64,000 nt of DNA from Escherichia phage vB_EcoM_WFbE185. The DNA is taken from the sequence record MK373778.1; one strand, 5' to 3'. Position 1 is the stretch's first letter. The number at the start of each line of letters is the position of its first letter. Positions 28,513 through 37,547 of the stretch are shown in pieces. The notes beneath the pieces are model-generated. The model was not told the origin of the DNA. It searched no databases and saw only the letters and a program-made list of their open reading frames with translations. A program made the translations under genes and the position numbers.

Positions 28513-28822
28513 CTAGGCGGTCTACCATAGAATTGCATGCTGCCTTATCTTTAGGCTCCGCCACCGAGCATTCTAATATTTGCCATTTTTTATGATATCG
28601 TTTAATTAAGGTAGACGCCTTGAACCTACTAGACGCCCCATCTTTTTCTCCGTCTTTATATGCGTATAACAATTTTTGTGAAAAATCTACTTTACACTCT
28701 TGACTTTTACCACAATAATCAGACGCCGTTCTGTTTGTATACTCCGTTACATCAGTATATGTAGTATTAGCAAGAGCGTTAAATGAAACCAAGCCAACTA
28801 TTAAAGCCAACATTTTGGTCAT
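28475..28822 (-). CDS. Secreted Cys-containing protein, 115 aa
   Basis: ORF track; signal peptide MTKMLALIVGLVSFNALA; four Cys. Confidence 0.5.
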   Translation of the reverse strand: MTKMLALIVGLVSFNALANTTYTDVTEYTNRTASDYCGKSQECKVDFSQKLLYAYKDGEKDGASSRFKASTLIKRYHKKWQILECSVAEPKDKAACNSMVDRLVDSYTRGLAASD

Positions 28823-29361
28823 TCTTTTATTTCCAGTAGTTTATTTGATTTAAGGTAATTAGCCTTTTCTAGGACTTCAGAAGCATATTTACTTCCGGCA
28901 CTTGTCTTCCATCCCGCATTATATGAGGATATAGCTTTTCTTATATCCCCGTTATGTATATTTAACCAATAAGAAAATTCGATATAAGCCCATCTGGCTG
29001 AATTAGACCGCTTAGATAGCATTTTCTTAATTTGGGCATCAGTCATATTATAACCAAGTTGGTTAATTCTTGCCCTCATTGTTGGTAGATAATTTTGGAA
29101 CATTCCATACGCATGGTGACCTTTCTTATCTTTAAGATTAATACCGGCCGATGATTCCTGCCATAGTATTGCGGCCATTATGTATCCAAGTCCTTTCTTA
29201 TGCATATTTTCATGCGTTTTAAATTTTCCATCCTTAGAAAACTGTTCCCCAAACTGATAAGCATAATTCAAGTTATCGAGTTGGACATTACTAAAAGTAT
29301 GCTCGGAGCTATGTGCTGATAATGAAAGAGCAAATAGACCAGCGAGTAGTGCTTTTCTCAT
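28819..29361 (-). CDS. Secreted lytic transglycosylase-like protein (SLT domain)
   Basis: ORF track 180 aa; signal peptide MRKALLAGLFALSLSAHS; motifs LWQESS, YGMFQ, SYNAG. Confidence 0.6.
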   Translation of the reverse strand: MRKALLAGLFALSLSAHSSEHTFSNVQLDNLNYAYQFGEQFSKDGKFKTHENMHKKGLGYIMAAILWQESSAGINLKDKKGHHAYGMFQNYLPTMRARINQLGYNMTDAQIKKMLSKRSNSARWAYIEFSYWLNIHNGDIRKAISSYNAGWKTSAGSKYASEVLEKANYLKSNKLLEIKE

Positions 29362-29369
29362 GTTTACCT

Positions 29370-29828
29370 CTAGATTTTAATCACTGCTTTAGAAGCTTTT
29401 CCTGGTAGTCGTTTACTGTTAATAATAGCCATTCTACATTGAAGAGTCTTCATTTTAAATGCTGGATTTTCGCGACAAACTGTAAGTCCTAACCAAAGAT
29501 TTCCGTCAGTTATTTCTAAACGGCCCGGGCGATATTCGACACCTTCGTCAAAATCTTCATCAACATCTGGACGTGCCGGCATTGATAAAAATTCTGCAAC
29601 TTCTTTAACATGATTTTTTACTTTATGAAATAATTCAAAAACGTAATTCTCATCTATTTCTCTCTGGATGGCACGATCTAAGAGATGTTGAGAATACTTG
29701 ATATGAAAGCCTGGTAGTCCAAGAGACTTTGCAGCATCTTTTATACTGGCATTTATTTTGCGGAACTCCGTTTCAAAGATTCGACGGAGTTTATTACGGC
29801 GGATAAAAACGTCTGAATTGATAGTCAT
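29370..29828 (-). CDS. regB: Endoribonuclease RegB
   Basis: ORF track 29370..29852; from MTINSDVFIRRNKLRR...LKYSQHLLDRAIQREIDE matches remembered T4 RegB. Confidence 0.85.
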   Translation of the reverse strand: MTINSDVFIRRNKLRRIFETEFRKINASIKDAAKSLGLPGFHIKYSQHLLDRAIQREIDENYVFELFHKVKNHVKEVAEFLSMPARPDVDEDFDEGVEYRPGRLEITDGNLWLGLTVCRENPAFKMKTLQCRMAIINSKRLPGKASKAVIKI

Positions 29829-29856
29829 TTTGATTTCTCCTCTAGTTGACAAGTCT

Positions 29857-29885
29857 ATAGTAACACAACTAGAGGAGAAGTAAAC
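29857..29885 (-). promoter_or_regulatory. Sigma70-type early promoter nested in an 11-bp inverted repeat
   Basis: GTTTAC-17-TACTAT; arms TTCTCCTCTAG at 29835-29845 and 29869-29879. Confidence 0.5.
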
Positions 29886-29889
29886 TACT

Positions 29890-30105
29890 TTATTGATAAA
29901 ATGGAGTTAAAGCCCAAGATTCTTTAGATACCATATTGGCGAAATGCCTCATCTCTTCGATTTGGCGACGACGCTGGTCAGCATAGTCTTCTTCGCCTTC
30001 TTCCTTACAATCTTCAAGGTCTTCTTCAAGATACTTTAAGTATTCACTACAAATTTTGTTGACCTTTTCTTGAAAGTCCAATAACCCAGTAATAGTAGAA
30101 GCCAT
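29890..30105 (-). CDS. Hypothetical acidic protein, 71 aa
   Basis: ORF track. Confidence 0.45.
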   Translation of the reverse strand: MASTITGLLDFQEKVNKICSEYLKYLEEDLEDCKEEGEEDYADQRRRQIEEMRHFANMVSKESWALTPFYQ

Positions 30106-30371
30106 TAGTATTTTTCCTCAGGACGAAATACTGCACGACACGCCCACATGCTGGCTTCTTTTAGATGTTGCTTAGCATACTTAAGAGCCTGCACTGCATC
30201 CATATCTTCTTTGGTTTGTTCCTCTGTTTCATTTTCTTTCAAGATATATGCTTCTTCAATCAGAGCATCAAACAACAATCCAAGACGGACTTCGGCATCT
30301 TTAATAGCGTTCACTTTACTGATTTTATCATCGGTATGCGGCTTGTAGCCTTTGATGTCTTCAATCGACAT
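30105..30371 (-). CDS. Hypothetical protein, about 88 aa
   Basis: ORF track 30105..30539 trimmed to internal Met. Confidence 0.4.
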   Translation of the reverse strand: MSIEDIKGYKPHTDDKISKVNAIKDAEVRLGLLFDALIEEAYILKENETEEQTKEDMDAVQALKYAKQHLKEASMWACRAVFRPEEKY

Positions 30372-30585
30372 AAGGAATTTCCTCATCGGTGGCAAGGTCG
30401 TATTCGACCAATTGGATAGGCTCATTAATACCATATCCACGTACAGTGATATCAGTTGCCGGATAGTTTCCAGTAATATCACCCATTCTAAATGATTCAA
30501 TGAATGATTGCTCGCCTGAGCAACTAAACCAGGCGGCAAAACATTTTAAAACATCTTCGGACCCTTCTATAATCAATTTAGCCAT
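30361..30585 (-). CDS. Hypothetical acidic protein, 74 aa
   Basis: ORF track. Confidence 0.45.
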   Translation of the reverse strand: MAKLIIEGSEDVLKCFAAWFSCSGEQSFIESFRMGDITGNYPATDITVRGYGINEPIQLVEYDLATDEEIPYVD

Positions 30586-30947
30586 TATAGACTCTCAGTA
30601 AAGGTACGAGCAATAACGTCACGCTGCTGTTCCGGAGTCAGAGAGTTAAAGCGAACTGCATAACCGGATACACGGATGGTCAACTGCGGATATTTTTCTG
30701 GATGCTTAACTGCATCTTCCAGAGTTTCACGACGCAGAACGTTAACGTTCAGGTGTTGACCACCTTCAATTTTAACTTTAGGTTGATGTTCAATTTCAAT
30801 TTCACGGGCATTCAAACCGTAGAAAATTTCCGGGTCTACAATAGCGTCTTCTTTAAAAGTCTTAGAGACAATAATCCGGGCCTGAGTACCGTCTTCAAAA
30901 TAAATAGTGCCTTTGTGTGCACCTTCAAGAATTTGATATGCTTTCAT
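30585..30947 (-). CDS. grcA: Autonomous glycyl-radical cofactor (GrcA/YfiD-like)
   Basis: 120 aa; C-terminal [60 protein letters not shown] with RVSGYAV glycyl-radical motif. Confidence 0.85.
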   Translation of the reverse strand: MKAYQILEGAHKGTIYFEDGTQARIIVSKTFKEDAIVDPEIFYGLNAREIEIEHQPKVKIEGGQHLNVNVLRRETLEDAVKHPEKYPQLTIRVSGYAVRFNSLTPEQQRDVIARTFTESL

Positions 30948-30953
30948 ATAACC

Positions 30954-31262
30954 TCAATTAGAAAATAAATTTATCCAAGTTTTTTCTTTAATCAAAAATG
31001 GGTCGGAATTAAACGCCATTAAACTTTGAGTGATTAATCCCTTAAATGGCCCGTCAATAAATTCCATTTTGAAATGCGGAATACTAGTCATCAACCGTGC
31101 ATTAGGAGCAGTACAAAGAACCTGCTGCCCTGCAAACGGTCCTTTAGTTAAACGGTATCGTTTAGGTTTAAAATGGTAAATCTCGTAATTTTCTACAAGA
31201 GCCCTTTTATTGCATACTGGGCTGTTATAACAATACTCAAAAACTTCAATAGTTGTCATCAT
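30954..31262 (-). CDS. Hypothetical protein, 102 aa
   Basis: ORF track. Confidence 0.5.
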   Translation of the reverse strand: MMTTIEVFEYCYNSPVCNKRALVENYEIYHFKPKRYRLTKGPFAGQQVLCTAPNARLMTSIPHFKMEFIDGPFKGLITQSLMAFNSDPFLIKEKTWINLFSN

Positions 31263-31834
31263 TGCATTCCAATCACAAAAAATTGAGGACGAGCATTACC
31301 GCCGATGCAATATTTGCTTTTGCAGCAGTGCTGTACTGTTTTAATGTGGACATTGTAAATCTTATCCATATCAGGAGCTTTAATAGGCTCGTCAATTATA
31401 TACAGAATACGAGAAAGCGTTAATCCACGGAATTTAGAACCTTCATTGCCAATAAAACTACGAACAGAATCAGTAAATAAACGGAATCGAATATCGTCGC
31501 TAGAATAACGAAAAAATTCTTTTTCAATGTTGCCAGCAGAAATTTTAGCATAAGCTGAAGTATTAGAAAGAACAATAACTGTTCCGCCATCATACAGCCA
31601 ATTAGCAGCAAAGTTAGTCACAGCAATTGATTTACCTGATTGTCGGCCGCCGTCTAAACGAAGTGTACAGTACTGCTTGAGTACGTCTTCAAATGGTGTG
31701 ACATAACCGTTCTTACAAATTTCTTCTACTCTAGCATCAGAATGGTGTGTAAAAGCATTCATCAGGGATAGATAAGGTCCAGTTAAAAATGTTCTCATAT
31801 TATTTCTCTTAAGGTTTGGGCCATTCCGTGGCAC
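31259..31834 (-). CDS. P-loop-containing protein, 191 aa
   Basis: ORF track; GGRQSGKS Walker A-like. Confidence 0.5.
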   Translation of the reverse strand: MPRNGPNLKRNNMRTFLTGPYLSLMNAFTHHSDARVEEICKNGYVTPFEDVLKQYCTLRLDGGRQSGKSIAVTNFAANWLYDGGTVIVLSNTSAYAKISAGNIEKEFFRYSSDDIRFRLFTDSVRSFIGNEGSKFRGLTLSRILYIIDEPIKAPDMDKIYNVHIKTVQHCCKSKYCIGGNARPQFFVIGMQ

Positions 31835-31911
31835 ATGAATTGTCCATTTCTGTATTTACCCCTCCAAGTAATTATGAATATACTATCACAATTCTAGGAG
31901 AAAGTAAACTG

Positions 31912-32214
31912 TTATTTACCTTTAATTACTTTAGCTGCTTCGATAGCCGCTTGCTGAAGGTCATCCATAGACATACCGAATTTAGAAGCAAAGTTATCAA
32001 TTTTCTTTTCGACAGCATTCAAAGGCTTGGCCTGTTTACCTTCATTAGCGCCAGGAAGAGCGAGAATACGCTCTTTGTCAATATAAAGGCTTACAAGTTT
32101 CTTACGGTCTTTATCGGACAAATCATGAAATGAATGGGCTTTTTTATTTATAGCGGCTTCTAATTTACCTGCACTCACTCGCGCTTCAGTAATAAATTCT
32201 TGATATGTTTTCAT
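31912..32214 (-). CDS. Internal protein with capsid-targeting sequence
   Basis: N-terminus MKTYQEFITEA (CTS plus prohead-protease LxE site); 100 aa; basic. Confidence 0.6.
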   Translation of the reverse strand: MKTYQEFITEARVSAGKLEAAINKKAHSFHDLSDKDRKKLVSLYIDKERILALPGANEGKQAKPLNAVEKKIDNFASKFGMSMDDLQQAAIEAAKVIKGK

Positions 32215-32277
32215 TTTTTGTTTCCTTGTTTGTTTGATAGAGTAATTATACCATATTAATACTTAAGCGTAAACAAT

Positions 32278-32538
32278 TTAAGCTTTACCGCCAGAAATAA
32301 TTCCGAAGTTGTTAAAATCGTATCCAATATCGTCAACATCTACTTTAGGACTTGCTACAACATAAGCAATTTCACTACGTTTTGCGTAGGTGTTGATTTC
32401 TTTACCATCGCCACCTAAGAAAGAATACCCATTACGTTTTAATGAGCCAAAATCTTCCGCATCACCAATGAAAGCTTTAACTTTAAATTTAGGACCTTTG
32501 GCATCTGCTTCAGCGATAAATTCTTGATACATTTTCAT
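32278..32538 (-). CDS. Internal protein with capsid-targeting sequence
   Basis: N-terminus MKMYQEFIAEA; 86 aa. Confidence 0.6.
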   Translation of the reverse strand: MKMYQEFIAEADAKGPKFKVKAFIGDAEDFGSLKRNGYSFLGGDGKEINTYAKRSEIAYVVASPKVDVDDIGYDFNNFGIISGGKA

Positions 32539-32544
32539 TTTTCC

Positions 32545-32958
32545 TTAGTAAATTGATTTACCATAGTATTTGTACCAAGTAGGACGTTGAGCAATTTTTT
32601 CGTCTAAGCGTGCTTGACTTATCGCAATGGACGCTTCGGACGGGACGTAATTATTACGAAATTCGGCAGGGATGTCGGAAATATCCTGGACTGTTGTGTC
32701 CTTGATTTTGAAACCACGTTTCAAACATTCGGCGATTAGCTCGATTTGACGTAAACGTAAAAATTCGAGTTTGTCGTAAAAGAATGTTACGTGACCTGTG
32801 CCTAAGATAAATGTTGGAGAGATTTTAAAATCCTTTACACGTTTACCGTTTTGAACATGTTTACGGACTGCACCAAATACGCGTGGTAATTCACGATACT
32901 CAGCCATAAGATGTTGGTCGGTCAGTTCAGAAACAAGTGTTAAATTGATACGAGTCAT
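32545..32958 (-). CDS. denV: Endonuclease V, pyrimidine-dimer DNA glycosylase
   Basis: ORF track 32545..32970; from [12 protein letters not shown]...[15 protein letters not shown] matches remembered T4 DenV. Confidence 0.9.
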   Translation of the reverse strand: MTRINLTLVSELTDQHLMAEYRELPRVFGAVRKHVQNGKRVKDFKISPTFILGTGHVTFFYDKLEFLRLRQIELIAECLKRGFKIKDTTVQDISDIPAEFRNNYVPSEASIAISQARLDEKIAQRPTWYKYYGKSIY

Positions 32959-33016
32959 AATTTCCTCCAAGTAGTTGATGAATGTATAGTATCAAAGTCC
33001 TTGGAGGAAGTAAACA

Positions 33017-33298
33017 CTATTTTTCTGAAGCGCCTGAAATATATTTTTCAAGACGTTGTTTCATTAGCGAGCCGTTCTTAGCGATTTCTTCCGGTTTATC
33101 GCACATACGTAACAAGGCTTCAAGCTTAGCGATATCGCTGGTACGTTCAAATTTGCGAGTATCTATCTTACTAGCAAGTTCAGAAATACGTGCTAATAGA
33201 CTTTCGGCTTCAACCAAAGCTGCACCTAGCTTAGTTGCAAATGTGTCGGTAGCTTCGTTAAGAATAGATTCTGATAAAAATTCACTATATGTTTTCAT
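33017..33298 (-). CDS. Internal protein with capsid-targeting sequence
   Basis: ORF track 33017..33313; from [11 protein letters not shown]. Confidence 0.55.
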   Translation of the reverse strand: MKTYSEFLSESILNEATDTFATKLGAALVEAESLLARISELASKIDTRKFERTSDIAKLEALLRMCDKPEEIAKNGSLMKQRLEKYISGASEK

Positions 33299-33783
33299 AT
33301 ATACGCTTTCCAAGTTCCTGTTTTAAATGTTGAGATTACGCGTTTCGCGCGATTAGGTGTCTGACGATACCATTTAGATTGGGCTAAATTTACTGCCGCT
33401 TCGTCCCAACGTTTCTGTTGAAGCATACGAAGAGAATTAGTAAAACCGGAGACGCCTGCTACACCCATTTGGAAGACCATATTGACCAATGCACATCGAC
33501 GAACCGCATCTAAAGAATCGTATACCGGTTTAAGTTTAGCATTACCCAAGATTCCGCGAACGGCTTTATCAACGTCTTCATTAAATAGCTTTTCAGCCTC
33601 ATCAAGGGTAATTGTACCGTTGCATTTACGTCCGATCATTCTGTCAAGTTCAGCTTTAGCTACGGCTAAAGACGGGTTCTTTGTTACTAAATGGCCTATG
33701 CCAATAGTCCAAAAGCCTTCGGTGTCTTTGTATAAAGTCAGTCTAAGACCTTCGTCATTACGAAGCATTTCAAATATATTCAT
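33295..33783 (-). CDS. e: Lysozyme (endolysin) e
   Basis: ORF track 33295..33795; [32 protein letters not shown] matches remembered T4 lysozyme with catalytic E11/D20. Confidence 0.95.
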   Translation of the reverse strand: MNIFEMLRNDEGLRLTLYKDTEGFWTIGIGHLVTKNPSLAVAKAELDRMIGRKCNGTITLDEAEKLFNEDVDKAVRGILGNAKLKPVYDSLDAVRRCALVNMVFQMGVAGVSGFTNSLRMLQQKRWDEAAVNLAQSKWYRQTPNRAKRVISTFKTGTWKAYI

Positions 33784-33817
33784 AATACCTCCCACGTTTA
33801 TAGGAGGTATTTATTAC

Positions 33818-34276
33818 TTATAGGAGTGTAGTGAGCACCTTATATAATGATTTGCCCATTACATATTCCCATTGAGAAGGTTTAATTAAAGCGAATGCAT
33901 CAAATTCAGGAATCTGTCGTCCTTCTGGGAATGTATGATAGGAATTACAAACACTGTTTCTGAATTGCTCGTGCTCTACAGGGATGGTATATAGGAACAG
34001 ATGAATATTCTTATTGTCTGAGTAATGATGTTCACCTAGGTCTTTCAGGAAGGCAGGGTCATATTGTGTAAACCCAGTTTCTTCTTCGCATTCACGAATA
34101 GCGGCTTCAATAGGAGATTCACCCGGCTCGACACGTCCTTTAGGAATATCCCACCGATGAGCTAAAGAACCTTTAGGACGAGAACCAGTTACACGCCCCA
34201 TGAATAATTCTTTATCTTCGGTAAGGAAAATAATACCGGCTGATAGTTCTTTCACTTTATTTTTCTTACTCATCAT
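33818..34276 (-). CDS. nudE: Nudix hydrolase
   Basis: 152 aa; Nudix box GRVEPGESPIEAAIRECEEETGF; directly upstream of e as in T4. Confidence 0.8.
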   Translation of the reverse strand: MMSKKNKVKELSAGIIFLTEDKELFMGRVTGSRPKGSLAHRWDIPKGRVEPGESPIEAAIRECEEETGFTQYDPAFLKDLGEHHYSDNKNIHLFLYTIPVEHEQFRNSVCNSYHTFPEGRQIPEFDAFALIKPSQWEYVMGKSLYKVLTTLL

Positions 34277-34517
34277 CTCGGTCCCATGATTTGGCCATTA
34301 ATTCGGACATAAATTCTTCAATGCGCGTTTCTTTAGATGGACTTTCACTATTAGAGACCGCAAGTTTGTAATCTGCAATAGGACAGAACATATCAAGGTC
34401 CATATTAAGGTCGTCTTTGATTTTTTCTTCTGACACATCTTTATCGTATGTGTACAGATAACTATCACATGATTCTGATTTAATGTAAATTGCTATACTC
34501 ATCTCAAATTCCTGCAT
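34266..34517 (-). CDS. Hypothetical acidic protein, 83 aa
   Basis: ORF track. Confidence 0.45.
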   Translation of the reverse strand: MQEFEMSIAIYIKSESCDSYLYTYDKDVSEEKIKDDLNMDLDMFCPIADYKLAVSNSESPSKETRIEEFMSELMAKSWDRDDE

Positions 34518-34990
34518 TCGGTAATAAAACGTTCAACTTCATTATTCTTGGCCTTTATCTTGTCTTTACGTTCCTGTAAACTACTTTTAACAAGATTAAT
34601 AATGATGCCTACAGTACCTCCACCAATAATACCACCAATAATACTTACGATAGTAGATGCTAATAAGATAGCAATAATATCAACAAAACCGAAAGAACTC
34701 ACCTTAGTACTAAAAAACCATACCGACGGTACAAATATAATCCATCCTGTTATCCATTGGCACTTATTGAAAAACTTTTCAAGCTCAGCTTGAGTTGTTC
34801 GTATTACTTCATCGATAGGTTGATATCCGTTAATGTATCTGTTCACGATAATACCTGCTGGCTGGTCGATTTTAAATTCTTGGCAAATACGTTTAACTAA
34901 GTAGGATGGACATCCTGTCCAATCTACTGAATAGTATGAAATACCTTCGTTGCCATCGTCTATATTAGACCAATATGTTTTGTTAATCAT
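34499..34990 (-). CDS. Membrane protein, 163 aa
   Basis: ORF track; Gly-rich helix IIGGIIGGGTVGIIINLV. Confidence 0.5.
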   Translation of the reverse strand: MINKTYWSNIDDGNEGISYYSVDWTGCPSYLVKRICQEFKIDQPAGIIVNRYINGYQPIDEVIRTTQAELEKFFNKCQWITGWIIFVPSVWFFSTKVSSFGFVDIIAILLASTIVSIIGGIIGGGTVGIIINLVKSSLQERKDKIKAKNNEVERFITECRNLR

Positions 34991-35676
34991 TACCAGCCTT
35001 CCATAGGGAATTCCAGATAAACTTGAGCATTGACACGAATTTCATTGGTAATCTTTTTAACTCGGTCTGTATTACGAGATACACGTCCGAACCAACGCCA
35101 TCCGTTACTAATTGCACGAGAACCAGTGTGCCATGTTTGCCAATCAAACTGAAGAAGAGTACGATCTGGAGCTTCCCATTTCTCTAGTTCACCTTTTTCA
35201 ATTTTTTCGAGGACTTCTTTGTGCCACTGGCGATAGATAAGTTCGCCATCAGGAATCTGACTGAACTCTGCAGTTCCTGTTGCAAAATGAGTAGGACACA
35301 CGTCAGCGTTAACAAGACCAAGAATGTGTTCAGACAAATAGCGAGGATTGTCATAATCAGGTTGTCCTGCAGTAATAAAGTGTTGACCTACCGGAATATC
35401 CGGGCGTGGTACATCGTCATGGTGATAACCTGGGATAGCAGGGTACCAACCAGGCATCAGCATGTGGACTCGTGAATCAAATACAACCTGATCGGTGTTC
35501 CAATCATCTGGCAAGTTCATGATGAAGCTGCGAGTAATAGGACCGCCGTTATTATAAGCAAATTCTAAACTACAGTTGAAGAACATAGGCTCGTTTTTAA
35601 TCTGCTCGTTTTTAATCGCATGAGCAAAACCACCTACTGCACGAGCTTGACTATTAAACACTTTAGAACTATTCAT
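34990..35676 (-). CDS. Hypothetical protein, 228 aa
   Basis: ORF track. Confidence 0.55.
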   Translation of the reverse strand: MNSSKVFNSQARAVGGFAHAIKNEQIKNEPMFFNCSLEFAYNNGGPITRSFIMNLPDDWNTDQVVFDSRVHMLMPGWYPAIPGYHHDDVPRPDIPVGQHFITAGQPDYDNPRYLSEHILGLVNADVCPTHFATGTAEFSQIPDGELIYRQWHKEVLEKIEKGELEKWEAPDRTLLQFDWQTWHTGSRAISNGWRWFGRVSRNTDRVKKITNEIRVNAQVYLEFPMEGW

Positions 35677-35677
35677 A

Positions 35678-35983
35678 TTATTTTCCTCGACATTCTTTAA
35701 TGAAATTTTCTAGATTGGTAGATTCAATAGCTTTTTTACGAGCTTCTGCGTGTTCTTCTTCAGACAATTTACGTTTATAATTGACCCAGACATTATGGTC
35801 TAAACCGGTCGTGGCATATAATATCAAAGCTCCGACGAATAATAAAAACGGTGATAAAAATATACAACCAGGAACACCATCCATACTGTAAGCCTTTTGT
35901 AATACTGCAACAGAAAGAGCTGCGTAAAAAAGTGATGCAAATATTGTAAAAAGACCAATTCGGTTGGTTTCGCCTAATTTCAT
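35678..35983 (-). CDS. Membrane protein, 101 aa
   Basis: ORF track; two hydrophobic helices. Confidence 0.5.
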   Translation of the reverse strand: MKLGETNRIGLFTIFASLFYAALSVAVLQKAYSMDGVPGCIFLSPFLLFVGALILYATTGLDHNVWVNYKRKLSEEEHAEARKKAIESTNLENFIKECRGK

Positions 35984-36011
35984 AATATTCTCCTCATGTT
36001 TTAATAGGACT

Positions 36012-36041
36012 ACTATAACATAGCCCTATAATTGTGTAAAC
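36012..36041 (-). promoter_or_regulatory. Sigma70-type early promoter inside ATAGGACTA/TAGCCCTAT palindrome
   Basis: GTTTAC-18-TATAGT. Confidence 0.5.
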
Positions 36042-36053
36042 AGTTTTGTGAAG

Positions 36054-37010
36054 TTATTTGAAAGGTTTTACCATATGGAAATTTTGTTTGAAACGTTTTA
36101 CGTAATCGTCATGTCCTAAGCTTTGGTACATACTTACAACTTTGCTGTAGTTTTCCCAGGCGTATTCACGGAACCAACCGGAGGTGATGCTTGTGCAGAC
36201 TTTTTCTAATGCCATCATGAAACTGGCTTCAGGGTTAATTTTAAAGTCATTAGGAATCTGAGAACGTTCTAATGCTAGTACACATGATTCTTCATATACA
36301 CCGGCCAATTTGACCATTTCTGGTAACGATTCGAACTTCTCGCGTGAGGTCATGACTTCAGAACCGTCTTTCATATAAAATGTATACGCTGGGCGGTCTG
36401 TTAGCGCAATGGCTTCGTGAATAGTGTCATGGTCATATGTATAGATGTCATCTTTAAAGAACGCACTTTTAGAAGTGTCAAGAACTGGGTGAGCATAGTT
36501 CAAGGTTTCTTTCTGGCGTTTCAGCATAATTTCAGTAAGTTCATCGTTCAGTGTAACACCTTTACCACGAAGATACTGAATATGGTTCATAGTCTTTAAA
36601 AAGAATGGATTATTTTTCTTGAAACGATGAGACATCTTAATTGCAAGGCACATCTCAGGAGTCGCCCAGTAAAACCCGTTCAAACGGTCTTTAGACAAAT
36701 TTTTCTTGGCGTATTTTAAAAGGTCATAAGAAGACGTGAAATCTTCAGGAGTGAGTTCACCTACTAATTCACGGACATTAGTGATTGCCGGAACAATATA
36801 TGCTTCAAAATGAGTTTCGCGTCCATTATGGAAGCATTTGAAAACTTGGACATCAGGGTTATCTTGGTGAACATATACACCCATCATTTGATTTTTGAAT
36901 GCATTCCAAGAACATTGGTCCGCAATAAAGTCCCAATCACTATTTTTGATAGCGCTAGAATCAATAAGACCGTGATAGTGAAGTGCACGAGAACCAATAA
37001 CTAACATCAT
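36054..37010 (-). CDS. Hypothetical protein, 318 aa
   Basis: ORF track; N-terminal GS...SDWDF weakly nucleotidyltransferase-like. Confidence 0.55.
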   Translation of the reverse strand: MMLVIGSRALHYHGLIDSSAIKNSDWDFIADQCSWNAFKNQMMGVYVHQDNPDVQVFKCFHNGRETHFEAYIVPAITNVRELVGELTPEDFTSSYDLLKYAKKNLSKDRLNGFYWATPEMCLAIKMSHRFKKNNPFFLKTMNHIQYLRGKGVTLNDELTEIMLKRQKETLNYAHPVLDTSKSAFFKDDIYTYDHDTIHEAIALTDRPAYTFYMKDGSEVMTSREKFESLPEMVKLAGVYEESCVLALERSQIPNDFKINPEASFMMALEKVCTSITSGWFREYAWENYSKVVSMYQSLGHDDYVKRFKQNFHMVKPFK

Positions 37011-37038
37011 AATATTTTCCTCGGATTAATTCATTAAC

Positions 37039-37290
37039 TTAAATTTCACGACATGCGATATTATATTCATCCCAGAGGTCAACATGTGAAGCCTCTACCA
37101 ATGGAACGATTGTACCGTTTATGTCTTCATTATAAGGGCAAATTGTACAGTGCGCATCTTCGAATCGGATGCCTTTATGTTCAGATTTTTTATAACGCAT
37201 ATCGAATATCTTTGCAAACTTTTCACGACTAATAGTTTTAGCAACTACTTCAGTTCCGATACTTTCGTAATAAATCATTGTGGACTCCAT
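37039..37290 (-). CDS. Hypothetical protein, 83 aa
   Basis: ORF track; Cys/His-containing. Confidence 0.5.
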   Translation of the reverse strand: MESTMIYYESIGTEVVAKTISREKFAKIFDMRYKKSEHKGIRFEDAHCTICPYNEDINGTIVPLVEASHVDLWDEYNIACREI

Positions 37291-37306
37291 TTAATTTGAT
37301 AGGACT

Positions 37307-37336
37307 ACTATAACATAGCCCTATCTTGTTGTAAAC
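37307..37336 (-). promoter_or_regulatory. Sigma70-type early promoter inside 10-bp palindrome
   Basis: GTTTAC-18-TATAGT; arms GATAGGACTA / TAGCCCTATC. Confidence 0.5.
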
Positions 37337-37340
37337 TGTT

Positions 37341-37538
37341 TTAGCAAGAATAACTAGATGATACCCAGCCTTGAACAGTAATACTATTGTGGGATAATGA
37401 GATCGCGTCCTGGAGATTCAGACCTGCGTTATCTTCAATCCATAATGTAACTTCTTCGCGTTCTTCTGTTGCAATCTGGAACAGGTTTTCCAGAGCAGCT
37501 ACTGCGGTACGCACAGCACAATCTAATTCACGAGACAT
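37341..37538 (-). CDS. Small protein, 65 aa, with C-terminal GWVSSSxxC tail
   Basis: ORF track; ends QGWVSSSYSC. Confidence 0.5.
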   Translation of the reverse strand: MSRELDCAVRTAVAALENLFQIATEEREEVTLWIEDNAGLNLQDAISLSHNSITVQGWVSSSYSC

Positions 37539-37547
37539 ATTGTTTCC

